A stretch of 62,912 nt of DNA, filler included, from Octopus bimaculoides (Eukaryota), in NCBI RefSeq assembly GCF_001194135.2. It is 4 parts of 4 records of this genome, joined end to end, with 100 filler letters (N's around TTAATTAATTAA, not from the genome) between each part and the next. Parts side by side here need not be neighbours in the genome. Positions count along the whole stretch, not along the records: positions 22,795 to 53,866 come from NC_068992.1; positions 53,967 to 59,347 come from NC_068982.1; 2 more parts are not named here. The stretch is one strand, 5' to 3'. Shown in pieces: positions 39,474-54,431 of this stretch. Position numbers and translations under genes: made by a program. The first letter of the stretch is position 1. Every line of letters begins with the position of its first letter. The notes below the pieces were generated by a model. It was not told the origin of the DNA and made no database searches. It saw only the letters and a list, made by a program, of their open reading frames with translations.

Positions 39474-39660
39474 GGTGGTGGTGGTTGTGGTGGTGTTGAT
39501 GATGATGATGACGATTTAGACGATGATGAGGTGTTCATGGTGGCGTATTGGTACGGGTTTCGTTGGTGTCGGTGAGCTGATACTGATGGTGTCGCCTCAG
39601 ACGATGGTGATGATGATGGTAATGCTGATGATGATGATTATGACGATGATGATGATGGCA
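39167..39660. repeat. Compound trinucleotide microsatellites (AGT)n, (GAT)n, (GGT)n
   Basis: Direct reading. Confidence 0.95.
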
Positions 39661-40770
39661 GCTTGGTATTGAATGTTTTACGCCATATTTCACTCGCTGC
39701 TGCACTTTGTTTCTTTTCACTTACCGCCTCGCTATTGTTATTACAGTTGCTGCTGTTGTTCTCGCTAGTATTATTGTTTTGTTAACGGTGTAGAATTTTG
39801 CTTTTAATTAGAAGCTATTCTTGAATAGAAAATTTTATTCAGGTTTCAGACAATTTACCGATAATGGAATATGAAATGAAAATATTTTTCGTTTTTTTTT
39901 TTTTATCTCAAGCCAAATTTCTCTTACCGCTAACGCATGAAGCAGATAGTTTTTCATATTTCAGAAAAGACCAAAAAACACTACTTTCAAACAAACATAA
40001 CTAGCTATTGAAATGAAAAAAGAAAAAATTATACGGGGAGAAAACACCAAGGAGAGAAAAATAATCATGCAAAAAAGCAAATGTGAAAAGGAAATAAAGA
40101 ATAATTTCATACGTGTATGCATGTATATATATGCACATGTATATATATGTAAACATACACATAGACACAAACACATACAGATGTGTGTGTGTGCGCGTGT
40201 ATATTGGTCTTTATGTGTCTATGTTTGTATGCAATATGCAATAATTTACATACTAAGTTAATATTTTAAGTTTCGCACGTAGTATNNNNNNNNNNNNNNN
40301 NNNNNNNNNNNNNNNNNNNNNNNNNNNNNNNNNNNNNNNNNNNNNNNNNNNNNNNNNNNNNNNNNNNNNNNNNNNNNNNNNNNNNNNNNNNNNNNNNNNN
40401 NNNNNNNNNNNNNNNNNNNNNNNNNNNNNNNNNNNNNNNNNNNNNNNNNNNNNNNNNNNNNNNNNNNNNNNNNNNNNNNNNNNNNNNNNNNNNNNNNNNN
40501 NNNNNNNNNNNNNNNNNNNNNNNNNNNNNNNNNNNNNNNNNNNNNNNNNNNNNNNNNNNNNNNNNNNNNNNNNNNNNNNNNNNNNNNNNNNNNNNNNNNN
40601 NNNNNNNNNNNNNNNNNNNNNNNNNNNNNNNNNNNNNNNNNNNNNNNNNNNNNNNNNNNNNNNNNNNNNNNNNNNNNNNNNNNNNNNNNNNNNNNNNNNN
40701 NNNNNNNNNNNNNNNNNNNNNNNNNNNNNNNNNNNNNNNNNNNNNNNNNNNNNNNNNNNNNNNNNNNNNN

Positions 40771-40802
<32 letters not shown>

Positions 40803-43235
40803 TTAGCATACATGTGTACACCATGGCACATACATAAAGTAATTATACAGGCTAAGTATATTTCCTTATACAGAAACAAATGAGGTTTGTACACTGCATG
40901 AAGTAATTCAGAATGATAAAATATAGCTAACATATAACAATAATAACACCAACTATATCCTTCATAATTTTGAGACATTTATTCAACATGGCAGAAGGTC
41001 GTATAATTACTCGCGAATGCATGTGAGATCAGTATATCAACCTCAATATTTGCTGAGTATATTGGAATTGATGTTATATGAAAACTGTCAGAGGAAACGC
41101 ATAAGGAAATATATTGGAAATGATTTTGTTATGGATATTTTTAGTATTAGTCTATATAAAGTATCAAATATTTCAGTAATTTATTATTTGTGAATACATC
41201 AACGCGGAACAGACACAAAAAATGACTTTTCATTTATTGAGAGAAATCTTACCTAACTTATTCAATTTTCCAGCAGTATATTAAATGCGGAATAGCTTCA
41301 TCAAAATTTAACATATCACGAACGAAAACAGGATGAGTTTTATTAAATAGGCGTGTGCATTTCATACACACGATTTTGGAAATTCTTTATACTAGATTGT
41401 GCCGTTTAATTCCATTTCTCAATCGCGTTAAATAGCTTCTGTCAGTAACACAGTTTTCAAAGCTCAGCACAATTATGCACAAATATGTATATGTGTACAC
41501 ACACACACACACACACACANNNNNNNNNNNNNNNNNNNNNNNNNNNNNNNNNNNNNNNNNNNNNNNNNNNNNNNNNNNNNNNNNNNNNNNNNNNNNNNNN
41601 NNNNNNNNNNNNNNNNNNNNNNNNNNNNNNNNNNNNNNNNNNNNNNNNNNNNNNNNNNNNNNNNNNNNNNNNNNNNNNNNNNNNNNNNNNNNNNNNNNNN
41701 NNNNNNNNNNNNNNNNNNNNNNNNNNNNNNNNNNNNNNNNNNNNNNNNNNNNNNNNNNNNNNNNNNNNNNNNNNNNNNNNNNATGCATATATATGTACAT
41801 TTATGGAGTAATTTCTGCACTGACAAAATAAGCTTTAGCTTCTTCAGCACGCATTACCAAGGTAAGAGATTCTCAGCCTATCGCTCTGAAGTATGTGCCG
41901 CTACTGATTTGTCTTGTGCCAAAACCACAGCAGCTTAGCAGTGTGAAATAATCTCGATACAGATTTACGAGAAAAATAATTTATTAAAATTAATTTACGA
42001 AGGCATCATTAATTCTATTATTATCCAATATAACTATTTTAAGAATGATAATAACAGAATGAATGATACAGGCGACAGCAGACCAAGAAATAGCATTAAG
42101 TAGCTGAGAGATTAAAATTAATCAAAGGACATACTAAGTATGTCTACCTGCTTGAAATAACAGTGAAAACTCGTTATTAAATCGCTGAAAATACACTGGG
42201 GATAACTACAGAAATCAAACGAATATACATGTGCTGTTGGGCTTGAAAATACTTTGTATATTCTAGTCATTAGAAATAACATCCCTTGTGTAGACCTCGT
42301 GTCACTTGCTTATAGATTATCAAGTTGTTAACATATTTTGTAGCTTGATATATTCCCATCAAAATACTTTTTGTTGATGAGAAACAGACGCATGTAATAG
42401 TGTAAAATATAATATCACATATCACACTCTGGTTATGTGATACCAACGCTTTATTACACAGACAATATTATAATAAACGGAATTTTGCTGACATTTGTAT
42501 CACGGCTAGTTTATTTTAAAAAATCTAGACAGTATGGTATTAATTTTACTTTCACATATATAATTTGCTAAAAATAATTATACACTAAAATTATGTACAC
42601 TAATAAACTGAAACTAACTTAACCAACATCGACAGCAGTTAAGTGAAAATGCTATAAGGTCAATTATTATTTCACAAATTCGCAGACACCGAAGACTGAG
42701 TCGGCCATTTTCTGGAACATAAGAGCCACAATGATGCATACGGAATTTTAGAATTTACTCCAAGTTATGTTTACAAAAGTTTAAAATTCATTACAATACC
42801 TTAGCTAACTACAATTAAATAAAGAGCTATCATTCTACGATAATGTTTATCGTCGTGACACAGATAAGATTTAAGAATAAAAGTCAAAGCATTTAACCTA
42901 AACATTACAATTATCAAAAACAAAAACAAATATTGAATTTCTTTGACGTAAAACTAGATTCAGAAGAGGTAAATAATACATTAGTGAAAAAGCTAACGAG
43001 AAACCAGTCAGCAGTATTCAGGCATCTAACCAATCAACAATAATTCATATTTTTTAAAAATCCACGCAAATAAGACCAGCATAATAATTTCATCATCAGA
43101 ATAAGAAATAGTTTTAATATACAGTGCAAATATAATATAGCATTTACATGGAGTGGATGTAGAGATAATTTCAACTGCTTCGAGTAATTTATAAAGTTAA
43201 CATAAAATGTAGAAACAACCATCTGNNNNNNNNNN

Positions 43236-43268
<33 letters not shown>

Positions 43269-45999
43269 GCATGCGTGTGTGTCTTACATATATAATAAGA
43301 TGTATTCACGCTATATGTCAAGCTAAAAAATCCGATTAGAACTACATCGACGAGAAAAAAAATTATACCCGATATATGTCCCTGCTCTCTGTTTAATCAT
43401 GTATGACATAATGCATGTGTGTGTCTGCGTATACAGAATCGGTAACAAATATATCCCTTTATGCACACTTATATATGTGTGTGTCTTTATATATATATAT
43501 AAGTAAGTTGAAAATATATCTATATATGTACGCGCTTATGTATGTGACATTTATATATGCGTGCGTATGTGCGTGTGCTTGTGTGTGTATGCATGTATTC
43601 ATATATATAATTCATTTTTCTAACCTCTTTGCATGTGTATGCGTATATAGCATTCATAAACATATATTGCATATATACAAAATATAATGCAACATGTTTC
43701 AAGTGACATTTACCGCCTTATGTTTATCAATGATTGGTAAAAACGATAAACTCTATATTTTGTAGTGTACGTAAAATATTTCGCATCTGTGAATATTCCA
43801 GGTGTCAAACATTTCGAAACAGAATGAATCTGTATTTGGAAATTTAAAGTATAATGTTGCAATTCAACTGCGAACCAAATTCGAAAGCAATATTGAATTT
43901 GTCGCGAAGTATTAGAGAGCATATAGATGTTGTAGAGTTATATCCATTAGACATAATGTTTAAAAAATGTTTTAGTGTTTTCTATGGGTGAGTAGATGTA
44001 GTATTTTTTCGAGCAACAATCAATACTGTGTACTTTTTGGAAACCAAATTGCTGTTATTTATATCTTTATGCCTGTCTCTAACATGTATTTCTATCATAG
44101 TTTTCTATTGAAGTTGCGATCACCGTATATTTTATTATAGTTATATTCATCATTGTTTTTCTTTTTTTTCTTCTAAAAATTTTGTGAGGATATATTCCTG
44201 CAAATATAAACGAATTTGACCATGACTGTATTCCTACAAATATAAACGTATTTTACCAAGGGTCTCTGTCATTTTACTGTTGATGTTCTGTTTAGCTTTA
44301 ATTTAACTCTATCATATTTAGCAGCAACGTGCTTATATACTCGTATAGGTGTAAATAAGACCATACATCCCAGAATGTTTGAAAAACTGCATTGCGCGAC
44401 CGAATTTTACCTGGTTGATATTTCTAAACGATTTAACTAAGATGGAGTGGAAATTGACTACGATACAACTACAGTTTAGTTTAAGATACTAATCTAAGCA
44501 TAGTATTCTCAATAATCTCTAAAATACAGTTTCTTATATATATTGTTTAATTATATTTTCTTAATAATTAGCAAGAATATGATAGCTGTATCAGTAATGT
44601 GTCTCCCTTAATTCTCTCTAGAATTTGCTGCCAGAATCTTCTGACAATTTCAGCATCAGCTATGATAAATTTTTATTCTCACCGTTCGACAGTCGCTAAA
44701 GTAAATTAGAGACATGTTTCAAATCGAAGCACATTAGCTAATATAACAGCTGCTCATACATCAGTAAAAATACTTAGTTGGAAAGTGGTATAAATATTGC
44801 AAACGAGATAGCGAATAGCAGACAATATTAAACAAGATAACCATCAAAGCAACTAGCATAGAAATTAATAAAGAACCATAAAACAACAAATACAAATGAG
44901 AAGTTATCAGGTATCTAGAGCTACGTTCATGGCAGTGTTACTCATAATATCACACTAGGGATATGTGTGTACATGTGTGTGCATGCCTAGGCGTGTGTGT
45001 TTCAGTGTGTGTAGGTGTATACGTATGCATACATAAACGTATATGAAATATATAGGTATATATACATATATTTGTACATATATGCATATATATATATATA
45101 TATATATANNNNNNNNNNNNNNNNNNNNNNNNNNNNNNNNNNNNNNNNNNNNNNNNNNNNNNNNNNNNNNNNNNNNNNNNNNNNNNNNNNNNNNNNNNNN
45201 NNNNNNNNNNNNNNNNNNNNNNNNNNNNNNNNNNNNNNNNNNNNNNNNNNNNNNNNNNNNNNNNNNNNNNNNNNNNNNNNNNNNNNNNNNNNNNNNNNNN
45301 NNNNNNNNNNNNNNNNNNNNNNNNNNNNNNNNNNNNNNNNNNNNNNNNNNNNNNNNNNNNNNNNNNNNNNNNNNNNNNNNNNNNNNNNNNNNNNNNNNNN
45401 NNNNNNNNNNNNNNNNNNNNNNNNNNNNNNNNNNNNNNNNNNNNNNNNNNNNNNNNNNNNNNNNNNNNNNNNNNNNNNNNTATATATATATATATATATA
45501 TATATGTACGAATGCCTGTGCGTGTGTGTATGTATGTGAGTGTGTGTTTGTGTGTTTCGTAAATATATTAGGAATTAGTATATTAATGTCTAACAGGTTT
45601 TATTGTCTCTTCTATGCAATTGTGGGAAAAATCCGTCTGATTTACAGGTAATTCGCCAGTATTTCATGATTTGCAAATGTAAAACTTATTCAATACGTCT
45701 ACCAATGTCCGAAATTACAAATTATCAAATTTACCAAAGCTTAATATACACGGTAATGGTCATTGTAAGAAATTAACTAACTAGATAGCTAACTCACTAA
45801 CTACAAATACACATACACACATATAAACATGTAAATAAATGTACATATATACGTATACATTTAATATATGTATATATATGCATATACATTTTAGGCTATA
45901 CATACAAAGACACACACATAGACACACAGACAGGCACACATACACACACTCACACTCACACACGCGGAAATATGTTTGAATGTTTAACTTGGAACATTT

Positions 46000-47000
46000 G
46001 TCACAGAAATCTGTACATCAACAGTCCCTATATCTCTCCTTGTTCAACAAAGGAAGCTAAAAATACCTAAGCTTCGACGTAAAGATATGATACGGCGGTG
46101 CAGCAAACAATGTTAGACTGTCCCGAGAATGTTACATCAGACTAAGGAAAATAGTGCAGAGGGAATTCTCCTTTTCCGACAAGACAATAACTTAGTATGC
46201 CTCTACCTCATTCATCGCTTCTGAGGATCTTTGCAGTTTAGGAAGTAAATTTCCTTCAACGTTCAGTCAAGTGTCTCCAATTTACTTCCTAAATTGTAAC
46301 TCACAAGATCCTGATATAAACTGCAAAAATCCCAGAAGATATATATCGATAGGATTATCCTCGGAAGAGATGAAGTAGACAGAGGCTTGAGATACTGGAG
46401 ACAGGCTTCGAATGTCGTTTAGTATTTCACAAACAGCACCTAAAGAACTACAGGATCGAATGATACATACTTAAAACTAGTCATGAAAATCGAAGGGAAA
46501 ACCAACTATTCTACATATTGATACTGAGCGAACCAACAATTCTGGCTTCTTGACGCGCTGGCTCCTATACTTAAAATAATACTTTGTATTGGTATGATTC
46601 GTAACTGCAACATTACATCACAAGTCAAAAGTTAGGCGTCAGCAAGCCTTGAACAAAAGATAGCTAAAAATACCATCTAAACTAAGCAGACATTGAAATT
46701 GAAAATGTCAGTTGTGTAACTTCTCAAGAAAATATAACGAATTTGATCAGTGTCTGCTCCAGAATGTCAATGCATTACCTCCCAATGTCACGTGGTTTTG
46801 TCGGTAAATGAAGAAACTCTTCCATTCGAAAGTTATCTTGAGATAACTATTGTGATCCCCACTATTATTGAAGAAATGTCTGAACATCAACAATGAGAAT
46901 ATTGGAGGTACAGTCCCATCAAATCGTCTCCTATTCAACCATAGCATAAATGTATATATCATAGAAAAAGGATGGGGCAGTACATGGGTGAGAGCGTGGT
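46000..47000 (+). mobile_element. R4/Dong-like RLE LINE remnant (RT thumb to CCHC knuckle)
   Basis: ECYIRLRKIVQREFS; IDRIILGRDEVDRGL (DRLYLPRxEGGRGL pattern); KCQLC...ENITNLISVCSRMSMHYLPM (CCHC knuckle); EYWRYSPIKS; frameshifted. Confidence 0.7.
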
Positions 47001-47587
47001 GTGAATAGTTTTTTTCCAGAGTCAAACTAAAACAGAAGAACGGAGAACATATATATACATATTATAAATTTAGATTTATACAGAATATAATTGTCACACT
47101 GGATTTCGCTGCTAAATGCTTAAGTGAATCTTGAGAAGCTATAGTGTCCAGCAAAATAATCAACTGGCTAACATGCCAATAAGAAATACGATCTATAAGC
47201 GAGATGCAAAATTTATGCAAGACTTCCTTGTAATTCAAAATGTGGCATTGTTTTCGTTGTCTAAATTACACTGATAGAGCTTTTATATCTTTAAGTAACC
47301 AACTCCTTCCTTGAAGGAATATTAAAAATAATTTCAAAGTTAAAGAAACATTCATCCATCAATCCATACACACTCTCTCTTTCTCCCTCTCCCTTTATTT
47401 CTCTCTCTCCCTCTCTTTCTTTCTCTCTCATATACGTGCATACATACATACATAGATTCACACAGCATCTTGATAAACGGCATAATGTGCCATGGGAATC
47501 GAAATCATGACCTTATGATCATCAGTCGAAAAACGTCACACATACATATATACAAACATACATACATACATATTATATATATATATG

Positions 47588-47645
<58 letters not shown>

Positions 47646-47670
47646 TATACATATATATATACATACACAA

Positions 47671-47709
<39 letters not shown>

Positions 47710-48462
47710 CATACATACACATACAAATATATGAATGTCTCCATATATGCGTGTGTGTAGGCGTGGAAGTAGCACTTGTCTAATTTATAAAAGATAATTA
47801 GTTATTATCATTATAATTATAATTATTGCCATGGACGTAAACATAGTCTAAACCAGCATGATGAACATCGTTATAAGTATGCTAATTCATCATTAGGTTT
47901 ATCATTGTCACCATTTGTAACAATCTCATTAGAGGTATTATCATCAGCACGCTACAATTATTCATGCTAGACCGATGTTGTTGTCATTGGAAGTAATGAT
48001 ACAAATATCGCAGATGAAAAATTTTTAATTTTTTACGTCTAAAATGTGTGTTCAAATTTTCTCCGAGCGTCCAGTATATTTATTTCACTTTTTTAACTAA
48101 TCTACACCTCTTCACGGTCATAATATAGATTTTTTTGATTTTTTAATGTGACAGAATGAATAATTTTGTTTTTCTTTTATCGTCGACAGTAGCTCTCTGT
48201 CATATTTAATAACGAATGAAAAGCTTATGCTTTACTAAGGTTGTGTGATAAGCAGCTCTGGACGTATTTACGAAATATAGAAACTTCCACTGCATTTCCC
48301 GATGGGAATTTTTTATTAATTCATAACGCATGTGGTCTTGTTAGATTGCTTACAATAGATGATATCGCGTTGAAACTTATCATTTTCCTTTTACTTACAT
48401 GTGTAAAATTACTTGACCAAAATATCATTTGGGAAACACATATACATACATTCAGACATACA

Positions 48463-48519
<57 letters not shown>

Positions 48520-48997
48520 NNNNNNNNNNNNNNNNNNNNNNNNNNNNNNNNNNNNNNNNNNNNNNNNNNNNNNNNNNNNNNNNNNNNNNNNNNNNNNNNN
48601 NNNNNNNNNNNNNNNNNNNNNNNNNNNNNNNNNNNNNNNNNNNNNNNNNNNNNNNNNNNNNNNNNNNNNNNNNNNNNNNNNNNNNNNNNNNNNNNNNNNN
48701 NNNNNNNNNNNNNNNNNNNNNNNNNNNNNNNNNNNNNNNNNNNNNNNNNNNNNNNNNNNNNNNNNNNNNNNNNNNNNNNNNNNNNNNNNNNNNNNNNNNN
48801 NNNNNNNNNNNNNNNNNNNNNNNNNNNNNNNNNNNNNNNNNNNNNATATATGTATATATTTAAGAACATATGTGTACGTGTGTGTGTGTGTGTGTGTATG
48901 TATGTATATGTTTAAATATATATCTATATATAACTAACGAGATGCGCATTATGAACAGCGGATTACAACATTTGATAATCTGGTCTAAACTATGCAT

Positions 48998-49036
<39 letters not shown>

Positions 49037-49994
49037 GATACATCCATATACATATATATCTATCTATCTATATCTATATTTATATATATATATATATATA
49101 TATAAACATGCATACATACACATATACATATATAGATAGAAAGAGAGAGCGTAGTGTAGATGGAGAGGGAGAGGAAAACAGAGAAACAGAATGGGAAAAA
49201 AGCAAGAGTTTGACTCAGGCTCAGTGCGATTGGTTGTTAAACAATATTTTGTAGAAATAAATGGACGACAAATCTGACATAATCTTTCGAATCACTGACC
49301 AGGATAGGGAAAGTGGCTCTGGAATAATAGCAGTTGGATGTCTCATAAGACGTTTCATGCCAAAGTTTCAATTTCAATGTCACGCAACACAGATATTTCC
49401 GTAACTGGACTACTTGACCGGCCACAGTGTCGCGTGTGGAGTAGAAGTTGGAGGGCAGCTCTTATAATGCATATCATAATACATATAGTGAAGCTAGAAG
49501 AGCAGGAATGTCATGATTGGCAATCAAACTATGTCAAGATAAAATTATGGGCGCTGTAGGCAAAGGTGAAGGTCAACATACGAGAAATAATGGGGACGCA
49601 CAGCAATTCTCAATGCGAAACTATGTGTACATATGAAAACATACGTTTAAAAGCATGTGTTTGTTTTCAAAGATATGCATGTGTAGACAAAAAAGTGTGT
49701 AGACAGATGTGCGTTAGTATGCACGAGTTTGAGTGTGTTGCATACACATACGTCGGGCGCACATTCAGACATACGCGCACACACAGAAATGGAAATGTAC
49801 AGAGAATATATGAATATCTTTTTGCATGTTAGAAAGGTCATCACACAACTAATCCACTAATAATAATGATACGCACTGGTACAGTGTCACTACTTAATTG
49901 TTAGACAATCAGTAAAACATGTAGTTAACGAAATTTGCGCATGTTTGTTTTGTGTGTGTATGTGTGTGTATGTATTTATGTATGAATATATACA

Positions 49995-50060
<66 letters not shown>

Positions 50061-50124
50061 TATAAAGAGAGAGAGTGAGATAAGGGAGATAGACAAATAG
50101 ATATACACTTAACCTTAACCGTTT

Positions 50125-50156
<32 letters not shown>

Positions 50157-50689
50157 CACAGTGGATATGTCATATGACAGAAAAATTTGTATGACAGGTA
50201 TAATTCACGTTCAAACGTACGGCTTATTTAGACTTTTCGCTGTGTTCAGTATCTGTGTGAAGAACTATTTTTTTTTATTTCACCAAGGTTCGGTGACAAG
50301 TTTGTGTTATATACAGTCTTTGAGAATGATTCAGTCCTTATTAAAATGTCGCCAAAACAGTTAAGCGGTAAATTTTACTTTTTTAAATATCTGGCGTGCG
50401 TAGCCAGTAGGAATAACTACAGGTGAAACGATTTGTAGAAAAACGGCCGAAAATGTAGATTTTGCGACACAGCAGCACATAGCACACTCTTTTGAAAATA
50501 ACAAAAAGTAAAATGTTATATATGTATATTAATATATGATGATTGCTTCAGCTTGACAGATGATAACCGATCCATCAACAAACACACACACACTAACATG
50601 CCTACACCCAACCACAGCACAATCACTCTTTTGAGATGAGGTGTGGTGTTACATTTCGTTTCCCTTAGTTTTAATGCATAATTTCTTGG

Positions 50690-51950
50690 CATGTTTAATC
50701 CCATCATCTGCATGTGAGTGTGAATATTGTTTCTTAGTGTTGTTCTCACGTATTGTAGACGGAAGTCCTGAGTATTTCATTCAGGCACTATTGTGCAATC
50801 TCATATCTTTAAATTATAGGGGGTATTTCTTTTGCTGTGTTTCAGGTGGGATGAGGTAAACAAAAGATATTGCTTCTAGTCCGTTGGTTTATGATAAATG
50901 TCAGTTACAATTTGGTTGTTGAATGTTTTGTCATAATATCTACGAAAGTGATCTGTCCTTTGCTATATTCCATTGTAAATTGAATGTTAGGGTTATATAT
51001 TATTTATTATTGATTTAAATCCCAAAAGTTTATCAATGGTCTCATTGCAAATCATAAAGCAGTCATCCAGATATCTTTTCCAGTTCTCTCGTATATAATG
51101 GTGAAATGGATATCCATATATTTCCAGTGATACTTCATATATGGTGAATTCTAAATATCCCATTATTAGGTTTGCAAGAGCAGGGGTTGCTTTCGACCCC
51201 ATCGCAATTCGACATGTTTGACAACAGTAGGTGTCATCAAATAGGAAGTCATTTTTCTGAAGTATATATTTTAAAGTTTCAATAATAAAAACCTGGTTTA
51301 TGCGTTCCTGAATTTCTTCGGCCTATTTTCCAGCCGGAATTTTATTTCATAGTCTTGTGGGATATTGATGTAAAGATTAATAACATCGAAGGAAACCAAT
51401 AATGTATGTTCATTAGTTGTTTTGGTAGGTGCTCAAGCATATCTGGATCGACTCTAATGAAACTTTTGATGTATTTCAGCTCTTCCTTTGTCAGCTGTTT
51501 TAATTGTCAGTTCTTTCTGGTTTTGCAGTCCAATTAGATTTTTCCATTCTAAATCGTTGAGGTTTGACTTAACGGTTCGCTTATGGAAAGTATCTTGGAA
51601 ATTTTGGCTATGGTCGCAGGAGTCATCTAGCATTTTATTCCTCGGTGGAAGATAATTGCTTCTATTTCTAACCAGTGATCCGTCCCAGTAGTTGTAGTCA
51701 GTTAGTGCCTCTGTTAGTCGGTGCTTTCTGCAGAATTCCGAAATATTGTCTTTAATTTCCTTCTGGTTAGATCTTCGTAGTGTTGGTGTAAATGTTAATC
51801 CTTTAGTTAGTATACTGATTTTTGTTGCAGAGAGTGTTTACTTTGATAAAATTAATACTTTGTGTTCCTCCTGTATGCTTTGTTCCAACGTGCGTCCGTT
51901 TCCCTCTACTCGGTCCAAAAATTGTTTAGTAAATCAACTCAGTTTCGTTC
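50690..51950 (-). mobile_element. Penelope-like element RT remnant (RYLDD type), pseudogenised
   Basis: VSFDVINLYINIP; MGSKATPALANLIMGYLE...WKRYLDDCF; QYLLFTSSHLKHSKRNTPYNL. Confidence 0.85.
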
Positions 51951-52206
51951 GGATTTAATACACCATGTTAGTGACCGTAGATTAAAAGCCGTTGGCGAGG
52001 TACAGATTCCCTTTGGAAGTTATAGATTCAGACAGTGAGTAGTTAAGAAAAGTAAGACAAAATAAGAATGAAGAGAATATAGCATGCAATAAAGTAAAAC
52101 ATCAGGTGTGTCAGTACCCAGGTATAGTTACTCCCATTCCCACACTTTCGGTTCTTTATAAATATACACATTCGCACATATGCGAACTTAAGTAGATACC
52201 ATTAAA

Positions 52207-52245
52207 CTGTCCAGCCATTCTTGTAGCGGGACACCAGAATGGCTG
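52207..52245. other. GC-containing hairpin with 11-bp perfect stem
   Basis: ccagccattct / agaatggctgg. Confidence 0.7.
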
Positions 52246-52564
52246 GTTTCGAGAAAAGACACTGCAGTTTTCACTTTTTTCAAAAGGTATGTAAATCTGA
52301 AGCCGGACGAAAATTATATGTATGCACAAAAAAAAAAAAACAACGAAATGAAAATTCAGAAATTTGAAACGTTTGCAATAATCGTGGAAGTACTTTGTGG
52401 AGTCTCCAGGTTTAAAAGCCAAATCAGTTCTCACTTGACAAATTAACGCCGTACTTGTGTTTAAGATAGCCAAACTTTCATAAACACACATATATATTCA
52501 TAAGCATACACATATACTCAAGCAGCATACACATACACTCAAGTAACATGCAAATTATACATGG

Positions 52565-52760
52565 AAGATTATTTCAATAAATTCCAGCTAATTAATGACA
52601 CCAATGAGGGCCTGTCGTAGCAGCGGTATTTTGGATATACTAGTAATTCGTTTCGGAAATAATACTTTGTATTGAAATAGAGTTTATAGCATTCCCTTTG
52701 CAAAAGATCACATGTGCGCGTCGGAATTAATGCAACCACAATTGTGTGTGGGTAGGCAGG
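52565..52760 (-). mobile_element. Possible ancient R4-like C-terminal fragment
   Basis: PHTIVV... and LLVYPKYR...PSLVSLIS loosely echo PDIVV and LLYPDYxF..PIIIGALG. Confidence 0.3.
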
Positions 52761-52870
52761 TTCATACACACACAAACACACAATGACACACACACACACA
52801 CATATATATATATGTATGTGTGTGTATGTGAGCGTGCATTTGTATTTATGTAAATCTATCTGTCAATTTG

Positions 52871-52918
<48 letters not shown>

Positions 52919-53382
52919 TGCATATATACATTCTCTCCTCATTGACTATGCATATATACATAAATATAAAAATAGATATATACATACAAGCATATAAATG
53001 CACAGGCATATACAGAACTTATTGTATATATAAATTGTAGATGTAATTATGATATAAAACCCTGGGGAGATTCGTGAAGTGTCACAGTTCTCATTTTCCA
53101 TTCTCTCGACGTAATAAGTTTAATCATCCATCAACAAATACTATCAAAGAAAAAAAGTCACGAAATTCACTTCATTTAAATACAGATATTCTATTCTCTC
53201 TCTCTCTTCTATCTTTCTTTCTTTATGTATACGAGTATATATACTTATCGGTTTTTATCTCTATAAATATGTATATATGTGTGTGTATATACGTGTGTAT
53301 AGATATACGTCTATATACATGCATACACAAATCCTAACATATAGTTTGTATGTGATTACTTCTCTGGCACTATATATACATG

Positions 53383-53415
<33 letters not shown>

Positions 53416-53766
53416 NNNNNNNNNNNNNNNNNNNNNNNNNNNNNNNNNNNNNNNNNATATATATCAGTGTTTACGTGTGTTCAGAATTTTACAGTTATGT
53501 GCATATCCTCAAAATATTGCGAAGTGACGCTTATCTGATATTAACAAAGCAATGCTTACACAAAACTAGTACTTATGCGCGTGATGATTAACGATAAATT
53601 CGTGTATCTTCTGGTAGAATTTGAAATACTACTTCCCCGTGTGGTATTTTAAATGTCAGAATCATATCGAATTCTCTCCTCATTCACTATACGTGTATAT
53701 ATATTTGTAGCTGTGTGTGTGTGTGTGCTTTTGTGTGTGAGAGTATGTGTGTGGTGTATACATATA

Positions 53767-53836
<70 letters not shown>

Positions 53837-54206
53837 GAAGAGAGAGGGAGAAAGAGAGATAGATAGNNNNNNNNNNNNNNNNNNNNNNNNNNNNNNNNNN
53901 NNNNNNNNNNTTAATTAATTAANNNNNNNNNNNNNNNNNNNNNNNNNNNNNNNNNNNNNNNNNNNNCATAGATAATTCTTTATTTTGTATATTTCTCATT
54001 TTTTCCTGTTCTGGCGCTTTGCGAAATTTTTCTGGAGAACATTATTTTTCTTTGTGGTTGGGTCGTTGATGACCGCTTTCTAGCATATTGGGTGTCCACC
54101 TAGTGGTCATCCTTTATACACGTGTAGTACAATTTTTTTCTGAACTTTCAGATTTTTTTATATGCTAGGCTACTTGGTTTTAAATTGAATTAATATTCAA
54201 TTTATC

Positions 54207-54273
<67 letters not shown>

Positions 54274-54366
54274 CGTCGGTAGGTAACACATAAATCCGAA
54301 AAAGAAGCACACTCTAAGTTATAGAGCAGTATATTATATAAATAGAGTTAGATAAGGCCGATTTAT

Positions 54367-54431
54367 GGAACAACTCAAGGTTTCACGTTCACAAAGCGCT
54401 TGCTTAGCTTTACGGCGTATCATCAGATCTC
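54367..54431 (-). ncRNA. Degenerate hammerhead-like motif
   Basis: Minus strand CTGATGA-t-ACG...AAAGC...GCTTT...CGT-GAAA-cc-ttga-GTT; weak stem I. Confidence 0.3.

Noticed and set aside
39341-39720. Poly-Pro/Ser/His/Met ORFs (also 9076-9351, 57685-57958)
   Set aside because: Translations of (GAT)n/(GGT)n/(CAT)n microsatellites without splice or homology support
49261-49404. 47-codon ORF MDDKSDIIFRITDQ... between two ATTGG boxes
   Set aside because: No homology recognised and no splice or promoter support beyond common motifs
53581-53660. GTGATGA resembling a snoRNA C box
   Set aside because: No D box (CTGA) at a suitable distance and no terminal stem
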